Source: Candidatus Dormiibacterota bacterium (GTDB lineage: Bacteria > Chloroflexota > Dormibacteria > Aeolococcales > Aeolococcaceae). Taken from it: 64,000 bases of DNA. The stretch spans positions 9,948 to 73,947 of the forward strand of contig JAFARE010000003.1 in the NCBI GenBank assembly GCA_019245575.1, given 5' to 3'. Positions 18,697 through 28,544 of this stretch are shown here, piece after piece (the first letter of the stretch is position 1; each line of letters begins with the position of its first letter). The position numbers and the translations under genes are program-made. Under the pieces are notes generated by a model, which did not search any database, was not told the DNA's origin, and saw only the letters and a list, made by a program, of their open reading frames with translations.

Positions 18697-19840
18697 CGCG
18701 TTTCGACAATACGCCGGCGCGCAGGCGCCAAAGCGCGAGCAGCACCGTCGCCGCGAGCACGGCGTTGCGCAGCACCAGCACCAGCATCGCGGACAGCTGC
18801 AGCGCCAGCAGCGGTGTGTACTCGACGTACTCGGCGATCGTGAGCAGCGCCACGAGCAGCACGCCGATCCCGACGATCCAGTCGGCGCCGATCAGCGCGA
18901 GGGCGGCGCCGGGGATCAGCCACGCGACGAACTGCGGCGAGAACAGCGTCGAGCAGAGAAGAAACGTGCCCACCGCCGCGGTCCAGGCGGCGCCGGCGCG
19001 CGCGGGGCTGGCGCTTCGCGCCACCCAGAGCGACACCAGCGCAGCGATGGCGAGCAGCGCCTCGGGCAAGCCCGGCGGGACTGAGCCGAAGCGGTGCGTG
19101 CCGCGGTTGAGGAATGGGGCCTCGCGCGTCACCAGGTGCACGACCGACCCGATCGCTGATTCGACCTGCCAACCCGTGGCGCCGCGAAAGGTGAGCACCT
19201 GCTGGATGCCGGCGATGCCGCCGACGGCGAGCCAGCCGGCGAGCAGACAGACCCCGCCGGCGAGCAGCGCGACGAGGTATCGACGGCGGTCCCTGCTTGA
19301 GAGGAGCACGAACAGCAGCGGCGCGAGGGCGAGGGGCCACAGCTTCACTCCCGCGGCCGCCACGATGAGCAGACCGGCGAGCGCGGGACGGCGTTTGATG
19401 CACGCAGCGAGGGCCGCCAGCGCCAGCGCGGTGGACACGAAGTCGAGGCGTGTCACCACGAGCACGTAGAGCACGCTGTCCAGAACCAGGAAGGCAAGCG
19501 CCGCCTCGCGGCCCCACGTGCGCCATACGAGGACGGCCATTCCCGCCTCCGCCAGCGCCGAGATGACGATGAGCGCGGTGCCAAATGCGGTCTGGGTGTG
19601 CAGGAACGATGCCAGCGCCTTGAAGAGCGCGAGGGTCAGCGGCGGGTACTCGACCTGGTACGTGACATACGGCCGTCCCGGCGCGCCGGCGATGGCCCAG
19701 AAGCGGTCGATGTCCTCCTGCGAGCCGGCCTCGCCGAAGCCGCGCGCGATTGCGAAGAGGCGAAAGAGCACGAGCACAGCGAGCAGCGACCAGAGCATCC
19801 ACGGGTCGTCGAAGACCCACCGCCGGATCCGCGCGCGCAC
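18662..19840 (-). CDS. DUF2029/GT87-like polytopic membrane protein
   Basis: 392 aa with about 10 TM helices and a first loop 'DIDRFWAIAGAPGRPYVTYQVEYPPLTLALF'. Its 3' end overlaps the aminotransferase start by 35 nt. Confidence 0.6.
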   Translation of the reverse strand: MRARIRRWVFDDPWMLWSLLAVLVLFRLFAIARGFGEAGSQEDIDRFWAIAGAPGRPYVTYQVEYPPLTLALFKALASFLHTQTAFGTALIVISALAEAGMAVLVWRTWGREAALAFLVLDSVLYVLVVTRLDFVSTALALAALAACIKRRPALAGLLIVAAAGVKLWPLALAPLLFVLLSSRDRRRYLVALLAGGVCLLAGWLAVGGIAGIQQVLTFRGATGWQVESAIGSVVHLVTREAPFLNRGTHRFGSVPPGLPEALLAIAALVSLWVARSASPARAGAAWTAAVGTFLLCSTLFSPQFVAWLIPGAALALIGADWIVGIGVLLVALLTIAEYVEYTPLLALQLSAMLVLVLRNAVLAATVLLALWRLRAGVLSKRGALPTLRVAQT

Positions 19841-19904
19841 CGGTGGATGATGACGGAGGACGGGCCGTGCGTCTCGCCTCGCGCGGCTGTGGACATCGCG
19901 GCTT

Positions 19905-19978
<74 letters not shown>

Positions 19979-20167
19979 GGCTGCATTCGATTGTCCCGGT
20001 TTTGGCTCTCCAGTCGTGGGCCGCCACGCCTCTCGGAACAGTGCGGCCTTGCCGCAAAGCCGCTAAACAACCGCCGCCTTCCAACACCTGAACGCCGATC
20101 GCATCAAAAGCGTCTGCTGCCTTCAAAGCTTGACATTGGGACTGCGAAAGGGTCAGAGTCGCCCGCC

Positions 20168-21376
20168 GTGACCTCCGGGCAGGGCGGTGGATCGCTCACC
20201 GAATTGCGGCTCGCCAACCGTCGCAGGGCGCTGCGCCTTCTGCGCTTGCGGGGTGCGCTCACGCAGGCGGAGCTCTCACAAGGCACCGGCCTCTCGCGCG
20301 CCGCGGTCTCCAACATCGTGCGCGAGCTCGTCGACTCCGGGCTGGCTCGCGCAACGGCTGCGAGCCGCAACGGCCGCCGCGTCTCCGAGGTGACGCTCAA
20401 CCCGTCGTCGGGGATCGTCGGTGGCATCGACTTCGGCAACCGCCACGTGCGCGTGGCGATCGGCGACCTCACGCACACCGTGCTCGCCGAGGAGCAACAC
20501 ACGCTGCCGTACGGTCACGCGGCGGCGAACGGCGTCCGCGAGGCGAGCGAGATGCTGCGCAACCTCACGACCAAGGCGCGGCGCCGGCTGCAGGACATGG
20601 AGCTGCTGGTGGTCGGCCTTCCCGGCCCGATCGACCTCGAGAGCGGGCGCACCGTGTCGCCCGCCATCCTGCCGGGCTGGTCCGATTTCGACGTGAAGTC
20701 CGCCTTCGCGGCAGCGACGGGCGTGCGCACCATGACGGACAACGACGCCAACCTCGGGGCACTCGCGGAGGGAACGTGGGGAGTCGGCCAGGGTCTGTCC
20801 GACTTCGCGTACATCAAGGTGTCGACCGGGATCGGCGCGGGCCTGGTGCTCAACGGCCGCCTGTACCGCGGCGTCGCCGGCACGGCCGGTGAGGTCGGGC
20901 ACACCACCATCGAGGAGAGCGGCCTGCTCTGCCGCTGCGGCAACCGCGGCTGTCTCGAGACCGTCGCCGCGGCGCCGGCGCTGCTCGACCTGTTGCGCCG
21001 CAGCTATGGCGACATCACGCTCGAGGAGGTGCTGCGCCTCAGCGCAGGCGGCGACACGGGCTGCCGTCGCCTGATCGCCGACGCGGGCAGGCACATCGGC
21101 GTCGCCCTGGCGAACCTGTGCAACCTGCTCAGCCCGCAGATGATCATCGTGGGCGGCGAGCTCGCGATGGCCGGCGACATCCTGCTCGCGCCGATGCGCG
21201 AGTCGATGAGCCGCCGCGCGGTGTCCACGCCGGCGGAGGCGACGCGCGTCGTCATCGGCGCGCTGTCAGAGCGTGCCGGCGTGCTCGGCGCGCTCGCGCT
21301 CGCGCTGCAGGAGAGCGATGAACGCGACGGCGCGTCGCACAACGAGTCACGGATCAGCGGAACCCTGGCCAGCTAA
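20168..21376 (+). CDS. ROK-family transcriptional regulator
   Basis: wHTH 'LTQAELSQGTGLSRAAVSNIVRELVDSGL', 'GIDFGNRHVRVAIGDL' and the Zn motif 'CRCGNRGCLET'. The GTG at 20168 is the first plausible start downstream of the tRNA. Confidence 0.8.
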   Translation: MTSGQGGGSLTELRLANRRRALRLLRLRGALTQAELSQGTGLSRAAVSNIVRELVDSGLARATAASRNGRRVSEVTLNPSSGIVGGIDFGNRHVRVAIGDLTHTVLAEEQHTLPYGHAAANGVREASEMLRNLTTKARRRLQDMELLVVGLPGPIDLESGRTVSPAILPGWSDFDVKSAFAAATGVRTMTDNDANLGALAEGTWGVGQGLSDFAYIKVSTGIGAGLVLNGRLYRGVAGTAGEVGHTTIEESGLLCRCGNRGCLETVAAAPALLDLLRRSYGDITLEEVLRLSAGGDTGCRRLIADAGRHIGVALANLCNLLSPQMIIVGGELAMAGDILLAPMRESMSRRAVSTPAEATRVVIGALSERAGVLGALALALQESDERDGASHNESRISGTLAS

Positions 21377-21390
21377 CGAGGAGGAACCCC

Positions 21391-22647
21391 ATGGCCCCAC
21401 ATCGAATCAGACGTGCAGCGCAGTGGAGCGCTGCATTGGCGGCGGGAGCCGTCGCCGCCGCGTGCGGCGGCAGCAGCTCGCCGTCATCGTCGAGCAGCGG
21501 CGGCGGCGCGACGGTCCCATCTGGACTGAGCGTGTCGTCGTTCGACAGCAGCTTCTCCGTCATGAGCCAGCTGAGCGGGCTCACCAGCGCCGGTCACGGG
21601 CTCGTCGGCGTGATCCTGCCGGACACCACGTCGTCGACGCGGTACGTGAACTTCGACGCGCCGTACCTCACGGAGGCGTTCCAGAAGGCGGGGTACAGCT
21701 CCTCGGACTTCAAGATCGACAACGCGCAGGGCAGTGACGCGACAGAGCTCTCCCTGGCGCAGGCGGACATCACCGCGGGCGCTGTCGTGCTCGTCTTCGA
21801 CCCACTCGACAGCAACGTCGGCTCGCAGATCCAGCAGCTGGCCGCATCGCACGGGGTCAAGGTGATCAGCTACGACCGCGCCACGTTCACCGGCACGAAC
21901 ACGTACTACGTGAGCTTCGACAACGTGCAGGTGGGCAAGCTCATCGGGCAGGGCTTCCAGAGCTGCGTGAGCGCTTGGAGCATCTCGAGCCCGAAGATTT
22001 TCGAGCTCGACGGGGGAGAGGACACCGATCCCAACGCCATCTCGTTCGCGCAGGGCTACAACACGGTGCTGTGGGGCAACACCACGACACCTGAAAACGC
22101 CGGCACCACCAACAGCATGGGCTACACGCTGGTCGGCGACCAGATCACGCCGGGCTGGGTGAACGCGACGGGCGGCACGATCTTCCAGCAGCAGTTCACC
22201 GCGCATCCGGAGATCAACGCGACGGTCGAGGCCAACGACGGCCTGGCCAACGCGGTCGTGACGGACCTGAAGAACGCCGGCGTCGGGGCCAAGAAGATCC
22301 CGACCACCGGCCAGGACGCGACGCTGCAGGGCATGGAGAACATCCTCCAGGGCTACCAGTGCGGCTCCGTGTACAAGGCGATCTACCTGGAGACGCAGGA
22401 CGCCGTGGCCCTCGCCACGATCCTCCGCGCCGGAGCCACGCCCCCGTCGGCGCTGGTGAACGGCACCACCAAGCCGGCGAACGGCGCGTCGGGCAACGAG
22501 CAGCCGGCGTCGCTGCTGACCCCGAAGTGGGTTGACACCAGCAACATGGCGTCGACCGTCATCGCGGACAAGTTCATCTCCGCGTCGGCGCTGTGCCAGG
22601 CGGTGACCGCGGCCGTCTGCCAGCAGTACAACATCCCGACCTCCTGA
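21391..22647 (+). CDS. sugar ABC transporter substrate-binding lipoprotein (PBP type I, CUT2 class)
   Basis: Signal peptide with lipobox-like 'AVAAACGGSS', and a periplasmic-binding fold ('VGVILPDTTSSTRY', 'KVISYDR'). Confidence 0.85.
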   Translation: MAPHRIRRAAQWSAALAAGAVAAACGGSSSPSSSSSGGGATVPSGLSVSSFDSSFSVMSQLSGLTSAGHGLVGVILPDTTSSTRYVNFDAPYLTEAFQKAGYSSSDFKIDNAQGSDATELSLAQADITAGAVVLVFDPLDSNVGSQIQQLAASHGVKVISYDRATFTGTNTYYVSFDNVQVGKLIGQGFQSCVSAWSISSPKIFELDGGEDTDPNAISFAQGYNTVLWGNTTTPENAGTTNSMGYTLVGDQITPGWVNATGGTIFQQQFTAHPEINATVEANDGLANAVVTDLKNAGVGAKKIPTTGQDATLQGMENILQGYQCGSVYKAIYLETQDAVALATILRAGATPPSALVNGTTKPANGASGNEQPASLLTPKWVDTSNMASTVIADKFISASALCQAVTAAVCQQYNIPTS

Positions 22648-22664
22648 CATCAGGCGTGCGTCAC

Positions 22665-22690
22665 GCCGCCGCGCCTCCGGGCGCGGCGGC
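22665..22690 (+). terminator. intra-operon hairpin after the binding-protein gene
   Basis: GCCGCCGCGCC-TCCG-GGCGCGGCGGC, an 11-bp perfect stem 18 nt after the stop. Its position fits a partial terminator or mRNA stabiliser that raises binding-protein stoichiometry. Confidence 0.4.
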
Positions 22691-22717
22691 TGGCGCCATG
22701 CCCCACTTGGGCACACA

Positions 22718-23485
22718 ATGAGCGACATGGCGGCCGAACCACTGTTGAGCGTGCGCGGGCTGGAAAAGCACTTCGGCCCGGTGCAGGCGCTGTACAGCGT
22801 CGACCTCGACCTCCCGGCCGGCTCGGTCACCGCGCTCTGCGGCGACAACGGCGCGGGCAAGTCGGTGCTCACGCGCTGCATCGCCGGCATCCATCAGCCG
22901 GAAAAGGGCGAGATCCTCTGGGAGGGCAGGCCGGTCCACATCCGCACGCCGCGTGAGGCGTCGCGGCTGGGCATCGAGACCGTCTACCAGGACCTCGCCC
23001 TGGCGGACAACCTCGACATCGTGCAGAACATGTTCCTGGGCCGCGAGCGCCTGCGCTACGGCATGCTCGACGAGGACAGCATGGAGCGCGCCGCGAGCGA
23101 CACGCTCAGTGGCTTGCGCGTGACGACGGTGCGCTCCATCCGGCAGCCGGTGGCGTCGCTCTCCGGCGGGCAGCGTCAGTCGGTGGCGGTTGCGAAGGCA
23201 GTCATGTGGAACTCCAAGCTGGTGATGCTCGACGAGCCGACCGCCGCGCTCGGCGTGGTGCAGACGCGCATGGTGCTCGACCTGGTGCGCCGCCTCCGCG
23301 ACCGCGGCCTCGCCGTGATGATGATCTCGCACAACCTCAACGACGTCTTCGAGGTGGCGGACCGCATCGCCGTGATGTACCTGGGGCACATGGTGGTCCA
23401 GGCCGACGCGGCGAGCCTGGACCGCCAGAGCGTGGTGGAGTACATGACAACGGGCGCGCGCAGCGGCGCGGCGGTGGCGTCATGA
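22718..23485 (+). CDS. sugar ABC transporter ATP-binding protein (single NBD)
   Basis: Walker A 'GDNGAGKS', signature 'LSGGQRQ' and Walker B 'LVMLDEPT'. Confidence 0.9.
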   Translation: MSDMAAEPLLSVRGLEKHFGPVQALYSVDLDLPAGSVTALCGDNGAGKSVLTRCIAGIHQPEKGEILWEGRPVHIRTPREASRLGIETVYQDLALADNLDIVQNMFLGRERLRYGMLDEDSMERAASDTLSGLRVTTVRSIRQPVASLSGGQRQSVAVAKAVMWNSKLVMLDEPTAALGVVQTRMVLDLVRRLRDRGLAVMMISHNLNDVFEVADRIAVMYLGHMVVQADAASLDRQSVVEYMTTGARSGAAVAS

Positions 23486-24819
23486 GCGCCGACACAACGC
23501 TGGAAGCGCCGGCCGAGCCGGCCGGGACGGCGGCCAGCGAGGTCGCGGCGCTCGAGGTGCCGCCGGAGATCCTGGCCCAGTCGTTCGGCGAGTACGTGCG
23601 GGTGCGCTGGGCGCGGATCCGCCGCGGTGACAGCGGGGTCCTCCCCGTCATCGGGGCGCTCGTCGTCATCACCGTCGTGTTCCAGGCGATCAGCCCGCAC
23701 CACGTCTTCCTGGCCGCGGGCAACGTGGTCAACCTGTTCCAGCAGAGCGCCGTGTTCATGGTGCTGGCGATGGCCGAGTGCTTCGCGCTGCTGCTGGGAG
23801 AGATCGACCTCTCCATCGGCTACACGGCGGCGGTGGGCGGCGTCATCGGCGTGCAGCTGGTGCAGCCGGTCACGACCAACTGGCCGTGGTGGGCGGCGGT
23901 CGTCGTGGCGCTGGTCGCGTGCGCGTTCATCGGCTTCATTCAGGGCACGCTGATCACCCGGTTGCGGCTGCCCTCGTTCATCGTGACGCTCGCCGGACTG
24001 CTGATCCTGAACGGCGTCATGCTGATGCTGCTTGGCCTGGGTCCGTTCTCCGGATACCCCAGTCTCACCGGGCAGTCGGGCAACCTGCAGGTGCTGTACA
24101 ACTTCATGTGGGGCACCATCGACCCGCTGATCAGCTGGATCGCGATGATCGTCATCGCGGCGCTGATCGGCGCCGGGCTTTTCTGGCGCGACCTGCAGCG
24201 CCGCCGCAGCGGCCTGGTTGCGCCGCCGATGAGCCTCACGATCATCAAGATCGCGCTCATCGCGGCGGTGGGCGCCGCGGTGGTGGCCATCTGCAACATC
24301 AACCGCGCCAACCTGGGAACGCTTGCCGGCGTGCCCTGGGTGATCCCGATCGTGCTCGCAGTGCTGGGCGCGTGGGCGTTCCTGCTGCAGCGCACGCGCT
24401 ACGGCCGCTACGTGTATGCGATCGGCGGCAACCCTGAGGCAGCGCGGCGAGCCGGCATCAGCCTCGCGCGGGTGCGCACGATCGCCTTCATGCTCTGCTC
24501 CATGACCGCCGGCATCGCGGGCCTGCTGTACGCGTCGTACCTGGGCGGGATGTCGAACAACGTCAACGGCGGCCAGCTCGTCCTGTACGCGGTCGCGGCG
24601 GCGGTCATCGGCGGCACGAGCCTCTTCGGCGGGCGCGGCAAGGTGATGCACGGCGTGCTCGGCGGGCTCGTGATCGGCGGGATCTACAACGGCATGTACC
24701 TGCTCGGACTCGCCATCCAATGGCAGCTGATGGTGACCGGCCTCGTGCTGCTGGGCGCCGTCACCATCGACGCACTGTCGCGCCGGGGTGCGCTCACCGG
24801 CAGCGTCACGCACATCTAG
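23482..24819 (+). CDS. sugar ABC transporter permease (XylH/RbsC-like)
   Basis: The ATG overlaps the ATPase stop (ATGA). About 10 TM helices and 'AIGGNPEAARRAGI', typical of CUT2 permeases. Confidence 0.85.
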   Translation: MSADTTLEAPAEPAGTAASEVAALEVPPEILAQSFGEYVRVRWARIRRGDSGVLPVIGALVVITVVFQAISPHHVFLAAGNVVNLFQQSAVFMVLAMAECFALLLGEIDLSIGYTAAVGGVIGVQLVQPVTTNWPWWAAVVVALVACAFIGFIQGTLITRLRLPSFIVTLAGLLILNGVMLMLLGLGPFSGYPSLTGQSGNLQVLYNFMWGTIDPLISWIAMIVIAALIGAGLFWRDLQRRRSGLVAPPMSLTIIKIALIAAVGAAVVAICNINRANLGTLAGVPWVIPIVLAVLGAWAFLLQRTRYGRYVYAIGGNPEAARRAGISLARVRTIAFMLCSMTAGIAGLLYASYLGGMSNNVNGGQLVLYAVAAAVIGGTSLFGGRGKVMHGVLGGLVIGGIYNGMYLLGLAIQWQLMVTGLVLLGAVTIDALSRRGALTGSVTHI

Positions 24820-26423
24820 TGGCGGAACCGCAGAGCCGTCCGGCCGAGCTGCACGGCCGCGCCTTGATCGTCGTGCTGAGCGCGCTCATGCTCGCCATGC
24901 TGCTCGCCGCGCTGGACCAGACGATCGTGTCGACGGCGCTGCCCACAATCGTTGGCGAGCTCGGTGGCCTGGCGCAGCTGTCGTGGGTCGTCACCGCGTA
25001 CATCCTCACGTCCACGGTATCCACGCCGCTGTACGGCAAGGTGGGCGATCTCTACGGGCGCAAGCGCATCTTCCAGGCGGCGATCGTCATCTTCCTGGCC
25101 GGTTCGATGCTGTGCGGGATCGCGCAGAACATGGGCGAGCTCATCGCATTCCGCGCCCTGCAGGGACTGGGTGCGGGCGGGCTCATCGTCGGCGCGCAGG
25201 CAATCGTGGGCGACCTCGTCTCTCCGCGCGAGCGCGGCCGCTACATGGGGTACTTCGGCGGCGTGTTCGCGCTGGCCACCATCGCGGGCCCGCTCATCGG
25301 CGGCTTCTTCGTCGACCACGCGTCGTGGCGCTGGGTGTTCTACGTCAACGTGCCCATCGGAGTGGCCGCGCTCGCCGCCGTGGCCACCGTGCTGCACCTC
25401 CCGCGCTACACGGTGCAGCACCGCGTCGACTACCTCGGTGCGGCCCTGCTCGCTGCCGGCGCCGGCTGCATCGTGCTGCTCGCCACCTGGGGTGGCACGC
25501 AGTACGCGTGGGGATCGCCGCAGATCATCGGCCTCGGCGTGGCGGGTGTCGCGCTGCTCGCGCTGTTCGTCGCCGTCGAGCTGCGCGCGAAAGAGCCGAT
25601 CGTCCCCATGCGCCTGCTGCGCAACTCCGTGTTCCGCAATGCCTCGGCGGTGGGATTCATCGTCGGCTTCGGCCTCTTCGGCGCGGTCGTGTTCCTGCCC
25701 CAGTACATGCAGGTGGTGCGCGGCTTCGGCGCCACCAACTCGGGGTTGCTCATGGTTCCCCTCATGGGCGGCGTGCTGCTCACGTCGATAGTGAGCGGTC
25801 AGCTGATCAGCCGGACCGGGCGCTACAAGGTATTTCCCATCGCCGGGACCGCGCTCATGGCGCTCGGGCTGTTTCTGCTGTCGACCATGCGCGCCGACAC
25901 GCCCATCGCGCTCACGCTCGTGTACATGATCGTCCTCGGCGCGGGGCTCGGCATGGTGATGCAGGTGCTCATCGTCATCTCGCAGAACGCTGTGGAGTAC
26001 CGCGACCTGGGCACGGCGACGTCGGTGGCCACGTTCTTCCGCGCCATGGGCGGCTCGCTCGGCGTGGCCGCATTCGGCGCCATCTACAGCAACGCTCTGA
26101 CGAGCAACCTCTCCCGGCTCCTGCCCGGATTCCACCTCTCGGGGCTCTCCGGTGGCACGGGCAACGCCAGCCCGCACGCCATCGCGTTGCTCCCGCCTGT
26201 GGTGCACGGCAGCGTGATTCAGGCATTCGCCGACTCGCTCGGCTCCGTGTTCCTGTTCGGAGTGCCCTTCGGCGCCATCGCATTCCTCCTGTGCTGGGGC
26301 ATCAAGGAGATCCCGCTGCGCACCGTGGCTCGGAGCGGCCCGCCTGCGGCCGCGGGCACCGCGCCCGAAGCGGCGTCGCCGGCGGTGGCCGGTGTCGGCG
26401 CCACGTCCGTGGAGGAGCCATGA
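24819..26423 (+). CDS. MFS transporter, DHA2 (EmrB/QacA, 14-TMS) family
   Basis: 'LLAALDQTIVSTALPTIVGELGG' and 'GKVGDLYGRKR'. The GTG start overlaps the permease stop (TAGTG). Confidence 0.85.
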   Translation: MAEPQSRPAELHGRALIVVLSALMLAMLLAALDQTIVSTALPTIVGELGGLAQLSWVVTAYILTSTVSTPLYGKVGDLYGRKRIFQAAIVIFLAGSMLCGIAQNMGELIAFRALQGLGAGGLIVGAQAIVGDLVSPRERGRYMGYFGGVFALATIAGPLIGGFFVDHASWRWVFYVNVPIGVAALAAVATVLHLPRYTVQHRVDYLGAALLAAGAGCIVLLATWGGTQYAWGSPQIIGLGVAGVALLALFVAVELRAKEPIVPMRLLRNSVFRNASAVGFIVGFGLFGAVVFLPQYMQVVRGFGATNSGLLMVPLMGGVLLTSIVSGQLISRTGRYKVFPIAGTALMALGLFLLSTMRADTPIALTLVYMIVLGAGLGMVMQVLIVISQNAVEYRDLGTATSVATFFRAMGGSLGVAAFGAIYSNALTSNLSRLLPGFHLSGLSGGTGNASPHAIALLPPVVHGSVIQAFADSLGSVFLFGVPFGAIAFLLCWGIKEIPLRTVARSGPPAAAGTAPEAASPAVAGVGATSVEEP

Positions 26424-26779
26424 CCGAGTACGTCACCCACCTCGACGTCAAGTTCTCTCCACTCGAGGTCGTCGACGCGGCGCGTCTGATCGAGGAGTGC
26501 CGCGACGCCTGGTACAACCAGACGCTCTGCGAGGTCAACGAGAGCGTGGTGCGGCTCGGAGTCCTGCAGGGCGAGTACCACTGGCACACGCACGAGGAGG
26601 ACGAGTTCTTCTTCGTGCTCGACGGCGAGCTGCTGGTCGACCTCGAGGGCCGCACCATGACGCTCGCCGCGCGGCAGGGACTGACGGTGCCGCGCGGTGT
26701 GTCGCACCGCCCGCGCGCGCCGGCGCGCACGATCGTGCTGATCGTGGAGCGATCCGGCGTCGTGCCCACGGGCAATTGA
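26420..26779 (+). CDS. small cupin-domain protein
   Basis: 119 aa with cupin motif 'GEYHWHTHEEDEFFFVLDGEL'. The ATG overlaps the MFS stop (ATGA). Confidence 0.7.
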   Translation: MTEYVTHLDVKFSPLEVVDAARLIEECRDAWYNQTLCEVNESVVRLGVLQGEYHWHTHEEDEFFFVLDGELLVDLEGRTMTLAARQGLTVPRGVSHRPRAPARTIVLIVERSGVVPTGN

Positions 26780-26817
26780 CGGCTGACGCCGTCCCGGCGG
26801 CGGGAGGGCATCCGCCG

Positions 26818-28305
26818 GTGTGGCTGCGCCTGCGCGAGCGCCTCACGGCGGGCAACCTGGTCGTGCTGCTCGCGCTCGTCGGCCTGCTCGCGGTCACGAT
26901 CCGTCGCGGCGGCGATGCCGACTTCTTCGCGCACATCACGGCGGCGCAGGTGATCGTCGAGGGCCGCGGCCTGCCCGGCCACGACGTCTTCTCGTACACC
27001 GTCAGCGGGCGCACGTGGATCGACCACGAGTACATGAACGAGCTGCTGTTGTACGGGTTGTTCAACTTCATCGGCGGCGCAGCCGCGGTGAGCGTGGTGT
27101 TCGGCCTGCTCATCGCCGCGGGCTTCGCGCTGATGTGGCGCCGCATCGAGCTGCAGCCGGCGCCGAAGGTGGTCACCGCCGCCGCGCTGCTGCTCGGAGC
27201 GGCGGCCGGCGTGGCGCTGTGGGGGCCGCGCGCGCAGGTGGTCACGTTCACGCTCTTCAGCCTCAGCCTGCTGCTCATCGAGCTGTACGTCGTGCGCGGC
27301 TCACGCGCCGTCTACTTCATGCCCCTGGTGGTCGCGGTGTGGGCCAACTTCCACGCCGGCTTCGTCTTCGCCTTCCTGCTGCTCGTGCTCGCGATCGGCT
27401 GCGAGCTCGTCGTGTGGGCGGTGGACAGGGAGCGGCGGCACATCCTGTCGGCGCGCACGCTCGCGCTGGTGCTCGCCGGCTGCGTCGTCGCCGGCCTGAT
27501 CACGCCCTGGGGACCGTCGCTCTACAACTACGTGTGGCTGACGCAGACGAGCGGCACGCTGGCCAACTTCACCGCCGAGTGGCAGTCGCCGGACTTCCAC
27601 CACGCCAACATGGTTGCCTTCGGACTCATGATCGGCGTGTTCGCCGGCGGCCTCGCCCTGCGCCGGCCGCGCCTGCACCACGCCGTGGTGGCGCTGATCA
27701 TGCTCGGGCTCGCCCTGCAGGCGCAGCGGAACATCCTGCTGTTCGTGGCGGCGGCGGTTCCGGTCATCGCCTGGAGTTATGGCGCGTGGTGGCAGGAACA
27801 CCGCGTGGGCGACCGGCTCTTGTACTGGGCACGGCTGTCCGCGCGCGACATGCAGCTCACCGCCGCCGCCGCCCTCGTCCTGGTGGCGGTGGGCGTGGCG
27901 GCCTTCACCGCGGACTCGCTCGGGAAGCAGGCGGCCAGCACGCGCGCCAACTTCCCGGTGGCCGCATCCGACTGGCTGGCGGCGCACCCGTCCGTCGGCA
28001 CGCGCATGTTCTCGGATGTCGGCTGGAGCGGGTACTTCAACTATCGCTTCTACCCGCAGGCCAACCGGCGCGTGTTCATGCTCGGTGACCCGACGCTGGC
28101 GGGCGACACGCTGATGCGCCAATACACGTCGATCACGACGCTGGACGGCTGGCAGTCGCTCCTCGACCACTACGGGGTCGACTACGTGGTGTTCGAGCCC
28201 GACGCTGCGCTGGCCGCAGCCCTCAACGAATCCGCCCAGTGGCGGCGCGTCTACCAGGACGGCGTCGCGGCGATCTGGGTGCGTGGCGCCGGCTCCGCAC
28301 AGTGA
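26818..28305 (+). CDS. polytopic membrane protein with C-terminal extracytoplasmic domain (GT-C-like architecture; function unknown)
   Basis: About 495 aa from GTG 26818, with more than 10 TM helices, a first loop 'DADFFAHITAAQVIVEGRGLPGHDVFSY...WIDHEY' and a soluble C-terminal domain. The glycosyltransferase call is architecture-based inference only. Confidence 0.5.
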   Translation: MWLRLRERLTAGNLVVLLALVGLLAVTIRRGGDADFFAHITAAQVIVEGRGLPGHDVFSYTVSGRTWIDHEYMNELLLYGLFNFIGGAAAVSVVFGLLIAAGFALMWRRIELQPAPKVVTAAALLLGAAAGVALWGPRAQVVTFTLFSLSLLLIELYVVRGSRAVYFMPLVVAVWANFHAGFVFAFLLLVLAIGCELVVWAVDRERRHILSARTLALVLAGCVVAGLITPWGPSLYNYVWLTQTSGTLANFTAEWQSPDFHHANMVAFGLMIGVFAGGLALRRPRLHHAVVALIMLGLALQAQRNILLFVAAAVPVIAWSYGAWWQEHRVGDRLLYWARLSARDMQLTAAAALVLVAVGVAAFTADSLGKQAASTRANFPVAASDWLAAHPSVGTRMFSDVGWSGYFNYRFYPQANRRVFMLGDPTLAGDTLMRQYTSITTLDGWQSLLDHYGVDYVVFEPDAALAAALNESAQWRRVYQDGVAAIWVRGAGSAQ

Positions 28306-28544
28306 CCAAGGCGCTGCAGTTCGCCCTGGGCATGTGCGTCGCCGCCGGGCTCGCGGTGGCGACCGTGGCGCTCTGGATGCACACGCTCATCATCTTTGCC
28401 GCGCCCGTCGGCGCCCTGGGCGTGGCGATTGTCTGGGTCACGCTGGACAACCTGCTCATCTACCCGCGGCGCAAGCAGACGGCCGCCGCGACGGGCGAGC
28501 CGGCCGAGGAGGCTCCGCTCAGCCCGCCGGAGACAGGTGCGTGA
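28302..28544 (+). CDS. small two-TM membrane protein (hypothetical)
   Basis: The GTG overlaps the upstream stop (GTGA). Two hydrophobic helices. I recognise no family. Confidence 0.35.
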   Translation: MTKALQFALGMCVAAGLAVATVALWMHTLIIFAAPVGALGVAIVWVTLDNLLIYPRRKQTAAATGEPAEEAPLSPPETGA

